Translations under genes and position numbers: made by a program
The notes under the pieces: model-generated
Seen by the model: the letters and a program-made list of their open reading frames with translations, nothing else
Told to the model about the DNA's origin: nothing
The model's database searches: none
From: an uncultured Chloroflexia bacterium
GTDB taxonomy: Bacteria > Chloroflexota > Limnocylindria > Limnocylindrales > CSP1-4
Direction of reading: 5' to 3'
DNA length: 64,000 bases
NCBI GenBank assembly: GCA_963828165.1
Contig: CAWHDR010000001.1
Coordinates: 1,440,001-1,504,000 of the forward strand
Part shown: piece by piece, positions 9,504-19,390 of the stretch
Layout: each line of letters opens with the position of its first letter
Numbering within the stretch: the first letter of the stretch is position 1

Positions 9504-9965
9504 CTACCGGTCGGGGTCGCCCCACAGGCTCCAGCCTGGTTCGCCGGCCGGCGGCAGTGGAGGCGGGACGAACGCCGGCGAGTCGGAACTCGGTGCGGTC
9601 GCCTCCAGGTCCGGCCCCGCGGGTTCGATGCTCGCCACGGGAGGCTGCGCTGCCTGCAGACCGTGGACCTCGATGAACTCGAGCGGTGCCGGACGACCCG
9701 GTGGCGGTGCCTCGTCGTCCGTCGTCCGGGTCGACGCCACGAGCGGCGCGCCCGCGCCGCCGGCCGCTGCCTCCCAGCACGCCCGGATCTCATCGCCGGT
9801 CAGCGGCTGGCGCCGACGATCGAGGCCGCAGTAGCCGAGTGAGCCCGCCACCGACCGGCGGAAGCTGCGACAGGTGCCACAGGCGGTGGAGGACCGTCGG
9901 CAGACCCAGCACCTGGCCGTCTCGGCCTGGGGGGTCCCGCAATGCGGACAACGCCACATCGGCAT
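9504..9965 (-). CDS. Cys-rich putative zinc-finger protein
   Basis: CPHC, CWVC, CGTC plus two further Cys; TACCAT 6 nt upstream of ATG. Confidence 0.75.
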   Translation of the reverse strand: MPMWRCPHCGTPQAETARCWVCRRSSTACGTCRSFRRSVAGSLGYCGLDRRRQPLTGDEIRACWEAAAGGAGAPLVASTRTTDDEAPPPGRPAPLEFIEVHGLQAAQPPVASIEPAGPDLEATAPSSDSPAFVPPPLPPAGEPGWSLWGDPDR

Positions 9966-10024
9966 GGCTGGATGGTAGTCTGCGATCGGGAGGCCTGTCG
10001 AGCATCCTCGGGGAGGGGTGGCGC

Positions 10025-11224
10025 CTACTTCTTGACGGTGAGGGCGGTCTCGTCCGTGGTTCGTCCGAAGTCCTCGGTCTGGACGAGGACGCCGGCCGGG
10101 CCGGATCCGCGGGTCGCGCCACGCGGGATCGTCGTTTCGAAGACCGCACGGCCGTTCGCATCCGTCGTGGCGTCGCCGGTAACAGGCCGAACCCCTGGGA
10201 TGGTGAGCGTGAACGTGACTCGCGCGCCGGAGAGCGGTTTCCCATCTGGATCGTCGACGGTGACCGTGAGCCGGATCGCCTGCGGCAGGTTGGCCTGGCT
10301 GATCGAGTACGCGGAGGCGCTCAGCGAGGCACGCAACCGGCCGGAGCCGCGAGTGACGGTCAGCTCGAGCTCGTTGACGTTGCCCGCCGGGTCGGTCGCC
10401 GTGAGCTTGAGTGGGTTCGCGCCCTTCGCGATCGGCAGCGTCAGCTCGAACGTGCCGTCGTTCGCGGCGGTCCCGGATACGGAGTCGCCCGTCTCCTGGT
10501 TGCGAACGATGAGCGTCGTCCGCCCCTGGGTACGACCTTCGAGCGTGACCGCCTTGCGATTGATCACGGCCTCGTGCCGCGGGGAGTTCAAGCGGATGGC
10601 CGGCTTGCTCAGGTCGAGGATCCAGCGGACCAGCGGCGACGACTCCGATTCGCCGCCGGGCCCCACGATCGTCACGCTGAAATCGTTGGTGCCCTTCGTC
10701 AGCGTCACGGGGATGATCGTCCGCTGGCCGGCGCCCAGCGGCGCCTCCTGGATGGGGGCCGGCGCCTGGTCCTTCAAGGCGAGATACACCCGCAGCCGGT
10801 GTTTCGCATCGCCGGCCAGGTCGCTCGGAACGATCACGACCAGGTCGACCGATTCCTGGTTCGTGTATGGCTCGCTCGGGGCCTCGATGCTGGGCGCCTG
10901 GTTCGTGACGACCGGCGTCGCCGCCGGGACCGGTGTCGCGGTCACGCCCGCGATGAAGTCCGAGACGGTGGAGCCCAGGGCACCGGCAACGGTCCCGAGC
11001 CCACCGGCTCCGAGGTAGATGACCCCGGCGCCGACCGCGAAGATCCCCGCCGCGAGCGCGATGCGACCGATGAGCGGGATGCCTCGGCTGCGCCGGATCG
11101 GGGTGCGAACCGACAGCCGGCCGGGTGCCGGCGCTCGAGGCCGGACCTTCACCGGCGCGGGTCGGCCGCTGGACGGAGGGCGTGGCCGAACGTGCGTGGG
11201 GCGCGATCCGCGCCGACTCGTCAT
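10025..11224 (-). CDS. Membrane-anchored protein with tandem bacterial Ig-like domains
   Basis: Basic N-terminus, one TM, beta-rich repeats (LTATDPAGN, VTVDDPDGKPLSGARVTF). Confidence 0.85.
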   Translation of the reverse strand: MTSRRGSRPTHVRPRPPSSGRPAPVKVRPRAPAPGRLSVRTPIRRSRGIPLIGRIALAAGIFAVGAGVIYLGAGGLGTVAGALGSTVSDFIAGVTATPVPAATPVVTNQAPSIEAPSEPYTNQESVDLVVIVPSDLAGDAKHRLRVYLALKDQAPAPIQEAPLGAGQRTIIPVTLTKGTNDFSVTIVGPGGESESSPLVRWILDLSKPAIRLNSPRHEAVINRKAVTLEGRTQGRTTLIVRNQETGDSVSGTAANDGTFELTLPIAKGANPLKLTATDPAGNVNELELTVTRGSGRLRASLSASAYSISQANLPQAIRLTVTVDDPDGKPLSGARVTFTLTIPGVRPVTGDATTDANGRAVFETTIPRGATRGSGPAGVLVQTEDFGRTTDETALTVKK

Positions 11225-11377
11225 CGGGCGGATTGTCGCACGCCGGTCCCGCGCTCGATTCCGATGGTGAAGGACGACGGCCCGTCCGCGTTTCAGTGAG
11301 CGTGTCGGAACGTGGCAGTGCGTTGTACTCTGGCGCGGTCGCGCGTGCCGCTGGCGCGCGCCGCAGCAGGAGTACGA

Positions 11378-11911
11378 GTGCAGGCCCGCGACCCTCGGAC
11401 CGGACGCGTACCCGGTGGCTATCAACAGGGTCAGCCGTCGCGCGCCCCGGAGCGTCGGTCCGGCGGTGGGCCCGGTGGCAACGCCGACGGCGGGACCGGC
11501 GGCGCGTCTGGGGGCGGGACCGGTGGCGGCCGGGGGGCCGGTGGCGGAAGCCGCCCGCCGAGCGGGCGCCCGGCCTTCGGGCTGGGGCCCATCGCACGCG
11601 TGACTCCTTCGCCCCTGGCCGAACGGAATGCCGCGTCGTTACCGACGATGCCCATGGGTCCGCGCGTCGGCTTCGGCCTGCCGAACCTGCGGCGCAACGT
11701 CTGCCCGCATTTCTACATGACGGGCTCGCGCGGCGCCATCCCCATCCAGGCGCCGCACCTGCTCAAGGCGCTGATCCGCCAGGATGCGAACGTGTCGCGC
11801 TGCCAGTTGCGCGGTGGCGTCCACCTCGACCAGGGCTACGTCAACGACGTGTGCCTGACGCCCCGCTTCAACCAGTGCGTCTTCTACGAGGACGAGCTGA
11901 CCCGCGAGTGA
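11378..11911 (+). CDS. Hypothetical protein, Gly-rich N-terminus and four-Cys C-terminal domain
   Basis: AGGAG RBS before GTG 11378; stop overlaps the folC start (GTGA). Confidence 0.7.
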   Translation: MQARDPRTGRVPGGYQQGQPSRAPERRSGGGPGGNADGGTGGASGGGTGGGRGAGGGSRPPSGRPAFGLGPIARVTPSPLAERNAASLPTMPMGPRVGFGLPNLRRNVCPHFYMTGSRGAIPIQAPHLLKALIRQDANVSRCQLRGGVHLDQGYVNDVCLTPRFNQCVFYEDELTRE

Positions 11912-13281
11912 CCGATCCTGGCCCGCCATCGCCCCACCGCCCGGTAGCGCTCGACTACCACGAAGCCCTCGCCGCGCTCGCCGCTCGCGGCCGGTTCGGG
12001 ATCCGGATGGGCCTCGGCCGCACCCGGGCGCTCCTGCGGGCCGTCGGAGACCCGCAGCTCGCCGTTCGCGGGGCGCTGGTCGCCGGCACGAACGGTAAGG
12101 GCAGCGTGCTGGCCCTCGCGGGCAGCGCCCTGCGGGCCGCGGGGCTGCGCGTCGGCGAGACCCCCAAACCCCACCTCGTCACGTATCGCGAGCGCGTCGT
12201 CATCGACGGGCGGCCGATCGGGGTCGACGACTTCACCCGAAACGTGGAGGCCGTCCTCGCCGTTGCGGACCGGGTCGCACGCCGCCACGGCGACCCGACG
12301 GAGTTCGAGCTCCTGACGGCCGTGGTCTTCCGCCACTTCGCGGAGTCGGACCTCGATCTTGCGCTCGTGGAGGTTGGGCTGGGCGGCCGGCTCGATGCGA
12401 CTCATGCGTGGGACGGCGGCGTCGCGGTCGTCACCAACGTCGATCTCGATCACACGGACCGACTGGGGTCCACGATCGCGGCCATCGCGAAGGAGAAGGC
12501 CGCCATCATCGAGCGTGGCGATATCGCGGTCACGGGCGCGACCGGCGAAGCGCTCGAGATCATCGGGCGTCGCGCCCGACGGATGGCGGCGCCGCTGACG
12601 GTCGTAGAGCCGGCCACCCTGCTCGGATGGGACCGCGACGGCATCGACGTGGAGTTGCCGGGACTCGGCCCGACCCGGGTCGGTCTCCGCGGCCGGCACC
12701 AGGCGGCGAATGTCGCCGTCGCCGACGCCCTCCTCGACGCGCTCGGGGAGGCGGGCATCGCGGTCGTGGACCCGGATGCCCGGCGTCACGGGTATGCGAC
12801 CGCGGTCTGGCCGGGTCGTCTGGAGCTATTGGAGCTGGAGGACGGTCGTGAGGTCCTGCTCGACGGGGCGCACAACCCGGCCGGCGCCGCCGCGCTCGCA
12901 CGAGCGCTCGACGATCTGCGGCCGCACCTCACATCCGGGCCGTTGACCCTGGTCACGGCGTCCATGGCCGACAAGGACGTCGATGGTGTCGTGACGGCGC
13001 TCGGCGCGGCAGCGGCGCTTCGCGAGGCATCGGTGATCGCGACGAGCGTCGACGCCCCGCGCGCCATGCCGGCGCCTGAGCTCGCCGAGCGGTGGCGAAT
13101 CCTCACGGGCGCTGCCAGTGTGACCGCGGTCCCCGATCCGCTCGAGGCCCTCGAGGCGGCCATGACGGGACCCGGCACGACGGTCGTGGCCGGCTCGCTC
13201 TATCTTGTGGGCGCGGTCCGTGCCCATCTCGTCGACGACCCCGATCTGCGCGACCCCGATCCTGGAGCCCCAGCTCGATGA
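11908..13281 (+). CDS. folC: Folylpolyglutamate synthase/dihydrofolate synthase
   Basis: VAGTNGKGS, EVGLGGRLDAT, WPGRLE, LDGAHNPAG, GSLYLVG. Confidence 0.95.
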   Translation: MTDPGPPSPHRPVALDYHEALAALAARGRFGIRMGLGRTRALLRAVGDPQLAVRGALVAGTNGKGSVLALAGSALRAAGLRVGETPKPHLVTYRERVVIDGRPIGVDDFTRNVEAVLAVADRVARRHGDPTEFELLTAVVFRHFAESDLDLALVEVGLGGRLDATHAWDGGVAVVTNVDLDHTDRLGSTIAAIAKEKAAIIERGDIAVTGATGEALEIIGRRARRMAAPLTVVEPATLLGWDRDGIDVELPGLGPTRVGLRGRHQAANVAVADALLDALGEAGIAVVDPDARRHGYATAVWPGRLELLELEDGREVLLDGAHNPAGAAALARALDDLRPHLTSGPLTLVTASMADKDVDGVVTALGAAAALREASVIATSVDAPRAMPAPELAERWRILTGAASVTAVPDPLEALEAAMTGPGTTVVAGSLYLVGAVRAHLVDDPDLRDPDPGAPAR

Positions 13282-14189
13282 CAGCCGCCCGACGGACGAT
13301 CAGCGCCGACCCCGCCCCGATCCGGATCGGCCCCGTCACGTTCGCCTGGGGCCGCCGCACGTACGTGATGGGCATCCTCAATGTCACGCCGGATTCGTTC
13401 TCGGGCGACGGGCTCCTCGAGGGAACCGATCCCGTCGAGCGTGCCGTGGCGACCGCGCTCCGGATGGTTGCCGAAGGCGCCGACCTCCTCGACATCGGGG
13501 GCGAATCGACCCGGCCCGGACATGTCTCCGTCGACGCGACCGAGGAGATGCGCCGCGTGATCCCGGTCATCACCGCCGTGGCCGCGGCCCTGCCGGACAC
13601 GCCGATCAGCGTCGATACCGCCAAGCCGGAGGTCGCCGAGGCGGCCCTGAGCGCTGGCGCCCACCTGTTGAACGACGTGTGGGGCACGGGCCCTGACGTC
13701 GGAGAGATGGCCGCCGTGGCCGCGGGCGCCGGGGTGCCGCTGATCGTGATGCACAACCGTCCCGAGGCGCACTACGAGCGCAACGTCGTCACCGAAGTGG
13801 TCGCGGACCTGGGCGCGGCGCTGGACCGGGCCATCGCTGCCGGAGTGCCGGAAGATGACCTCATCGTCGATCCCGGCATCGGCTTCGGGAAGACGGCGGA
13901 CCACAACATCTCGGTGCTGTGCCACCTCGGGGCGCTGTCGACGCTGGGCCGTCCGGTGCTGCTGGGCACGTCGCGCAAGTCAACGCTCGGGCGCATCCTG
14001 GACCTGCCGGTCGAGGAACGGCTCGAAGCGACCCTGGCCACGACCGCGCTCGGCATCGCCGCCGGCGTCGACCTCGTCCGCGTGCACGACGTCGCCCCCA
14101 ACGTCCGGGTCGCCCGGGTCAGCGACGCCATCGTGCGGGGTCACTGGCGCGAGCACGCCGACACGCCGACGGGAGCTCGTGATGAGTGA
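13278..14189 (+). CDS. folP: Dihydropteroate synthase
   Basis: MGILNVTPDSFSGDG, GGESTRPG, DPGIGFGK, SRKS, RVHDV. Confidence 0.97.
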   Translation: MTAARRTISADPAPIRIGPVTFAWGRRTYVMGILNVTPDSFSGDGLLEGTDPVERAVATALRMVAEGADLLDIGGESTRPGHVSVDATEEMRRVIPVITAVAAALPDTPISVDTAKPEVAEAALSAGAHLLNDVWGTGPDVGEMAAVAAGAGVPLIVMHNRPEAHYERNVVTEVVADLGAALDRAIAAGVPEDDLIVDPGIGFGKTADHNISVLCHLGALSTLGRPVLLGTSRKSTLGRILDLPVEERLEATLATTALGIAAGVDLVRVHDVAPNVRVARVSDAIVRGHWREHADTPTGARDE

Positions 14190-14550
14190 CCGCATCGTCC
14201 TGCGGAACATGCAGTTCCAAGGCCGGCATGGCTACTACGAGCACGAGCTCACCAGCGCGCAGCCCTTCGAAGTCGACGTCGAACTCGTGCTGAACCTTCA
14301 GCCAGCAGGTGAGGACGACGACCTCGAGAAGACCGTCGACTACGGCCGGGTGTACGCCATCGCCCGTCAGATCGTGGAGTCCACGTCCTACCGCCTGCTC
14401 GAGGCCATCGCAGAAGCGATCAGCCACGAGATCCTCACCGAGTTCGAGGTCACCGAGGTCGGCGTGCGGGTGCGCAAGCCGGCGGTCCAGCTCGGCGGCC
14501 CGCTCGACTACGCGGCGGTCGAGATCTGGCGGCGCCGCTCGGAGCGCTAG
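14182..14550 (+). CDS. folB: Dihydroneopterin aldolase
   Basis: MSDRIVLRNMQFQGRHG, TVDYG, LLEAIAE, VRKP. Confidence 0.95.
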   Translation: MSDRIVLRNMQFQGRHGYYEHELTSAQPFEVDVELVLNLQPAGEDDDLEKTVDYGRVYAIARQIVESTSYRLLEAIAEAISHEILTEFEVTEVGVRVRKPAVQLGGPLDYAAVEIWRRRSER

Positions 14551-15977
14551 AGGTCGGGGCGCGTCGCCAGGGTGAGTGACACGGTCTGCGTCTGGCCGTC
14601 GCGCAGCACTTCGACCGAGATCGTGTCGCCCGGCGCGAACTCGCTCAGCGTCGCGTCCAGCGGGTGGTCGCCGTCGATCGGCTGGGCGTTGACCTTGACG
14701 ATGATGTCGCCATCCCGCAGGCCCGCCGACTCCGCCGGGCTGCCCGGGACCACGGCCGGCGTCGGCGAGTCGGGGCCACCGCCCGGGATGATCAGCGCGC
14801 CCTCGTTCACCGGGAGGTCGTTCGCCGTGGCGTACTGGAGGTCGAGCGCGCGGTAGACGACGCCCATGTACGGACGGGCCAGGGGCTCGCCTGCCACCGC
14901 CTGCTCCATGATCGGGCGGGCGATGTCGATGGGGATCGCAAAGCCGATGCCGTTGCTGTCGGCCGCGATCGCGGTGTTGATCCCGACGACGTTGCCGCCC
15001 GCGTCCAGCAGCGGGCCACCCGAATTGCCGGGGTTGATCGCCGCATCGGTCTGGATGAGGTTGTTGAGGTTGTCGTTGCCGTCGGCGGTGATCGTGCGGC
15101 CCTTGGCCGACACGATCCCACTCGTGACGGAGTTCGAGTACGTGCCCAGTGGGCTGCCGATCGCGATGACGAGCTGGCCGACCTTGAGCGCGCTCGAGTC
15201 GCCGAGCGATGCCGTCGGAAGCCCGCTGCCCTCGACCTTGACGATCGCGAGGTCGGTCAGCGTATCGATGCCGTAGACGGTGCCGTCGAGCACCCGGCCG
15301 TCGTTGAGCTCGACCGCGAGGCTGTCGCTGCCCTCCACGACGTGACGGTTCGTGAGGATCCAGCCGGCGCCGTCGTAGATCACGCCCGACCCGACGCCGG
15401 TCTCGGGGATGATGCCGGTCGACGTATCGACGTTGCTCCCGGTCGTGATCCGGACGACCGCCGGGCTGACCGCGGCCGCGACGTCGATGGTCGCTGAGCT
15501 CTCAGTGATCGGTCGATTGCTGGCACCGACCGTGGTGCCGGTCGGACCGGCCTGGACCGGCGCAGGGCGATCCAGCACGCCGCTCGCGCGCAGGGCCAGG
15601 ACCGTCCCGCTCGACGCCAGCACGGCGGACAAGAGGGATGCGGCCACCAGGGTGGCGAGGCCACCTCGCCCCGACCTGCCGGAGTCGCTTACCGCGGGCC
15701 TGACCGGTGTCGTCGGGGCGGTGCCCGGCACGACGGCCGGCTCGTACCAACGCTCGGGTGTGGTGGCTGGCCCGAGATCGCCCTCGTGCCGCGACCAGTC
15801 GTTCCGCGGCTCGGACGGAGGGGAGTAGCGTTCCACGGCGGGAGAACCGGGCTCGCCCGTCGCGGGCGTCCCCGGCGTCGCAGTGGTCCCTGCGGTCGCC
15901 GGCCATGCCGGCGGTTCGGCCGGCACCTCGTGCCGCCGCGTGATGTCGGTGTCGTCCGGGTGTTGCTGATCCGTCAT
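14547..15977 (-). CDS. htrA: HtrA/DegP-family serine protease with PDZ domain
   Basis: GSGVI, TNRHVV, DLAIVK, QTDAAINPGNSGGPL; TM; PDZ. Confidence 0.93.
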   Translation of the reverse strand: MTDQQHPDDTDITRRHEVPAEPPAWPATAGTTATPGTPATGEPGSPAVERYSPPSEPRNDWSRHEGDLGPATTPERWYEPAVVPGTAPTTPVRPAVSDSGRSGRGGLATLVAASLLSAVLASSGTVLALRASGVLDRPAPVQAGPTGTTVGASNRPITESSATIDVAAAVSPAVVRITTGSNVDTSTGIIPETGVGSGVIYDGAGWILTNRHVVEGSDSLAVELNDGRVLDGTVYGIDTLTDLAIVKVEGSGLPTASLGDSSALKVGQLVIAIGSPLGTYSNSVTSGIVSAKGRTITADGNDNLNNLIQTDAAINPGNSGGPLLDAGGNVVGINTAIAADSNGIGFAIPIDIARPIMEQAVAGEPLARPYMGVVYRALDLQYATANDLPVNEGALIIPGGGPDSPTPAVVPGSPAESAGLRDGDIIVKVNAQPIDGDHPLDATLSEFAPGDTISVEVLRDGQTQTVSLTLATRPDL

Positions 15978-16047
15978 CGTCGGGATGGTTCCTTGAAGAC
16001 CTGGCTGATCGACCGGTAGTGAGCGACCGGTCCGGGATACGTCCTGT

Positions 16048-17718
16048 TCAGGGTGCCGAAGCGGGGTTCAAACCCGACGCGTCGGACGGTGAAGTTTCCG
16101 TCACGTTCGCGCCAGCTTCATCCGCGCGCTCCGTGGGCGATCGGACACCCGCCTCGTCGGCCGCCGCGGCTGCCGCGATCCGCTCGGACCCCTCGGCGGC
16201 GCTGGCCACGTCCGCTCGTGACGCCGCCGGCGTGCCGGCGACCACGCGAGGGTCACCCGGCAGGTGCACCGTGAACCGGCTGCCGCGCTCGGGTCCCGTC
16301 TCGACTTCGATCGTCCCGCCGTGCATGTCGACGATGGAGCGCACGATGGCCAGGCCGAGCCCGCTCCCACTGCCCCGGGCCTCGTTCGCGCGCGATCCGC
16401 GATAGAAGCGCTCGAAGATGTGGGGCAGCTCGGCAGCATCGATGCCGACGCCGGTATCGGTGACGTCGATCCGTGAACCGTCGTCGGTCGGCACGACGGC
16501 GACCCGCACCGAGCCGCCGCGTGGCGTGAACTTGATCGCATTGCCCACGAGGTTCGCGACGACCTGGCCGATGCGCGGCGGATCGTGGCGGATCCGAATC
16601 GGTGCGTCCGGAAGGTCGACCGTGACGCGAACGCCGCGACGAGCGGCGGCCGAGTCGTGCTGGTGAGCCGCCGATTCGACCGCGGCCCGCAGGTCGTCGG
16701 GCCGCAGGTCCAGCAGGACCAGGCCGGAGTCGAGCTTCGAAAGCTCGAGCAGGTTCTGGGCGAGCCAATCGAGTCGCTCGATCTGACCCGCACTTGATTC
16801 GAGGAACTCGGCGCGCGCTTCCGGGTCGTCCCCGGCGGTCTCCATCAGCAGCTGGTTGAACGTCCGCAGGGCCGCGAGCGGCGTGCGCAATTCGTGCGAC
16901 ACGTCGGCGAGGAAGTCACGGCTCCGATCGCGATCCCGGCGGCTGATCTCGACGCTCTCCTCGAGACGGTCGGCCATCGTGTTGAACTGGACGGCGAGTT
17001 CGCCCAGCTCCGTGGATCCGGCGCGCAACTGGGCGGCCGGCACGCGTCGCGAGAGGTCGCCCTCGGCCAGCGCCCTGGACGCGTCGGTGAGCTGGCGCAA
17101 TGGCGTCGTGAAGCGGCGCGTCAGGGCGGCCGACACCACGACCGCGAGACCCAGCGCGAACAGGGCGATCGCCGCGAGGAGGCCGGTGAGGTTCGCGATG
17201 GCCGAGGCGCGGAAGGTCGATGGATTGGCCAGCGTGATCTCAAGCGCGTAGCGCTGGAAGGTCTCGCCGCCACCGTAGCGCTGCGTCACGAACGTGTTCT
17301 CGCGCGTCTGGCCGGCTCGCGGCGGAGCCTGCAGGTTCATCTGAAACGTCCCGTTGGGGGCGGGGATGAACATCGTCCGGTCGCCGGTCGTCACGTTGAT
17401 CCCGAAGCGGGCGATGACGTCGGCCTGACCCAACCGATCGGTGATGAAGGCCTGGCGCGTCGGGGTGTTGAGGATCTCGACGACATCCTCATCGAGGAAG
17501 CCATCGGCACCGACGACCGGGGAACGTCCCGCGGCGGCTTCCGCCTGGCTCCGGATGAAGCCGCTCACCGTGGTCGAACGTTCGCGCAGGTCGGCATCCT
17601 GTTGTTGCGCGAAATACGCATCGAGGCGGTTGAGGACGAGCACCGAGACGAGGCTCAGCGTGAGCGCGATGACGGCGACGAACGCGACGGTCAGTCGGCC
17701 TCCGAACGTCCGGGGCAT
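16048..17718 (-). CDS. HAMP-domain sensor histidine kinase
   Basis: 2 TM, HAMP, SHELRTPL, NAIKF, DTGVG, GSGLGLAIV; start uncertain. Confidence 0.93.
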   Translation of the reverse strand: MPRTFGGRLTVAFVAVIALTLSLVSVLVLNRLDAYFAQQQDADLRERSTTVSGFIRSQAEAAAGRSPVVGADGFLDEDVVEILNTPTRQAFITDRLGQADVIARFGINVTTGDRTMFIPAPNGTFQMNLQAPPRAGQTRENTFVTQRYGGGETFQRYALEITLANPSTFRASAIANLTGLLAAIALFALGLAVVVSAALTRRFTTPLRQLTDASRALAEGDLSRRVPAAQLRAGSTELGELAVQFNTMADRLEESVEISRRDRDRSRDFLADVSHELRTPLAALRTFNQLLMETAGDDPEARAEFLESSAGQIERLDWLAQNLLELSKLDSGLVLLDLRPDDLRAAVESAAHQHDSAAARRGVRVTVDLPDAPIRIRHDPPRIGQVVANLVGNAIKFTPRGGSVRVAVVPTDDGSRIDVTDTGVGIDAAELPHIFERFYRGSRANEARGSGSGLGLAIVRSIVDMHGGTIEVETGPERGSRFTVHLPGDPRVVAGTPAASRADVASAAEGSERIAAAAAADEAGVRSPTERADEAGANVTETSPSDASGLNPASAP

Positions 17719-17767
17719 GAGCCGGCGGAGGCGGCGCGCGGGACGGGCTCGCCGGACCACCGGCCGC

Positions 17768-18466
17768 TCAGCGCTCGGCGAACGCGTAGCCCACGCCACG
17801 CACGGTCAGGACGAAGGCCGGTGTCGCCGGATCGTCCTCGATCTTCTCGCGCAGGTGGCTGACGTGGACGTTGATGGTCTTCTCGTCCTGGTCGAGGGCC
17901 TCGTAGTCGCGCAGCAGCTCCAGGAGCTCGCCACGCGTGTAAACGCGGCCCGGCCGCGACGCGAGGTGCCGCAGGATCTCGAACTCCGTGGGCGTGAGAC
18001 TGATCCGCCGGGCGCCGCGTTGCACCCGCCGACGCTCCAGGTCGATGATCAGGTCGTTGTGGCGGATCACCCGCCCGCCTGCTGCGTCGGCTAGATCGCC
18101 GTAGGAGCGCCGCAGGAGCGCCTTGATCCTGCTCAGGAGCTCCCGCAAGCCGAAGGGTTTCGTGAGGTAATCGTCCGCACCGAGCTCGAGACCGATGACC
18201 TTGTCGACCTCGTCGTCGCGGGCGGTCAGCACGAGGATCGGCATCTTTGCACCGGCCGCGCGGATGCGGCGCAGCGCCTCGAAGCCGTCGATCCCCGGCA
18301 GGCGCACGTCCAGCACGACCAGGTCCGGAGCCTCGCGGGTCGCGATCTCCAACCCCTCTTCGCCGGATCGGGCGACGCCGACGTCGTACCCCTCCTGCTG
18401 CAGGGCGTACTGGATCCCGCGCGCGACGGCGTGCTCGTCTTCGACGATCAGGATGGTGGCGGCCAC
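17768..18466 (-). CDS. OmpR-family response regulator
   Basis: ILIVEDE, GADDYLTKPF, winged helix ending TVRGVGY. Confidence 0.95.
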   Translation of the reverse strand: MAATILIVEDEHAVARGIQYALQQEGYDVGVARSGEEGLEIATREAPDLVVLDVRLPGIDGFEALRRIRAAGAKMPILVLTARDDEVDKVIGLELGADDYLTKPFGLRELLSRIKALLRRSYGDLADAAGGRVIRHNDLIIDLERRRVQRGARRISLTPTEFEILRHLASRPGRVYTRGELLELLRDYEALDQDEKTINVHVSHLREKIEDDPATPAFVLTVRGVGYAFAER

Positions 18467-18654
18467 GCTCCGATGCTACACCGGCCGCGGCGGATGCCCT
18501 GTTTGCCGGCACTTCCCCGGCAGGTCGCGCTGATCGAACGAGCGCGCCTCTCGTGGTACCCTACGCTCCCGCTCCGGGCGCCTCGCCATCACCGGCCCCG
18601 CCGGCGAGCCGCGGCCCGACATCAATGAACCACCAACCCTGAGGTCCACATCGC

Positions 18655-19356
18655 ATGGCCACCGCCCGTCCCACACTCGCCGCCGAGCACCGTGAGGTCA
18701 CCGGCAAGAAGGTGAACCACCTGCGTAAAGCCGGGAAGCTGCCGGCCGTGGTCTACGGGCACGGCGTCGACTCCACACCGGTGACGGTCGATGCCCATGA
18801 CTTCGACCTCCTGCGCCGGCACACGGGCCCCAACGCCCTCGTGGATCTCTCGGTCGACGGCGAGAAGGCACAGCCGGTCCTGATCAACCAGGTCCAGATC
18901 CATCCGGTCCATCGCCGGCCGCTCCACGCGGACCTGTTCCTCGTGCGGATGACCGAGGAGCTCACCGTCGACGTGCCCCTCGCCGCCACCGGCATCTCCT
19001 ATGCGGTCGACCAGCTCGGCGGGACGGTCCTCCATCCGACGGAGACCGTCCGCATCCGGGCACTTCCCGATCACCTGCCGCAGTCGATCGAGTACTCCAT
19101 CGAATCGCTCGTCGACTTCGACGTCTCACTCCACGTTCGCGACCTGACCATCCCGTCCGATGTGACGCTCCTGACCGACGCCGATGAGATCATCGCGAAG
19201 GTCCAGGCACCGCGTGTCGAGGTCGAGGAGGAGCCGGAGGTCGTCGAGGGCGAGGAGGGCGTCGAGGGCGAAGAGGCCGCCGAGGGCGAGGAAGCTGCCG
19301 AGGGTGGCGCCACGGACTCAGGCGGCGGCGACAGCGGGTCGTCCGAGGAGAGCTAG
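18655..19356 (+). CDS. rplY: 50S ribosomal protein L25/Ctc
   Basis: LRKAGKLPAVVYG, QIHPV..PLHADLF, acidic tail. Confidence 0.95.
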   Translation: MATARPTLAAEHREVTGKKVNHLRKAGKLPAVVYGHGVDSTPVTVDAHDFDLLRRHTGPNALVDLSVDGEKAQPVLINQVQIHPVHRRPLHADLFLVRMTEELTVDVPLAATGISYAVDQLGGTVLHPTETVRIRALPDHLPQSIEYSIESLVDFDVSLHVRDLTIPSDVTLLTDADEIIAKVQAPRVEVEEEPEVVEGEEGVEGEEAAEGEEAAEGGATDSGGGDSGSSEES

Positions 19357-19390
19357 GAACTCGTCGCTTCGAGCCCGCGATCGAACGTCG

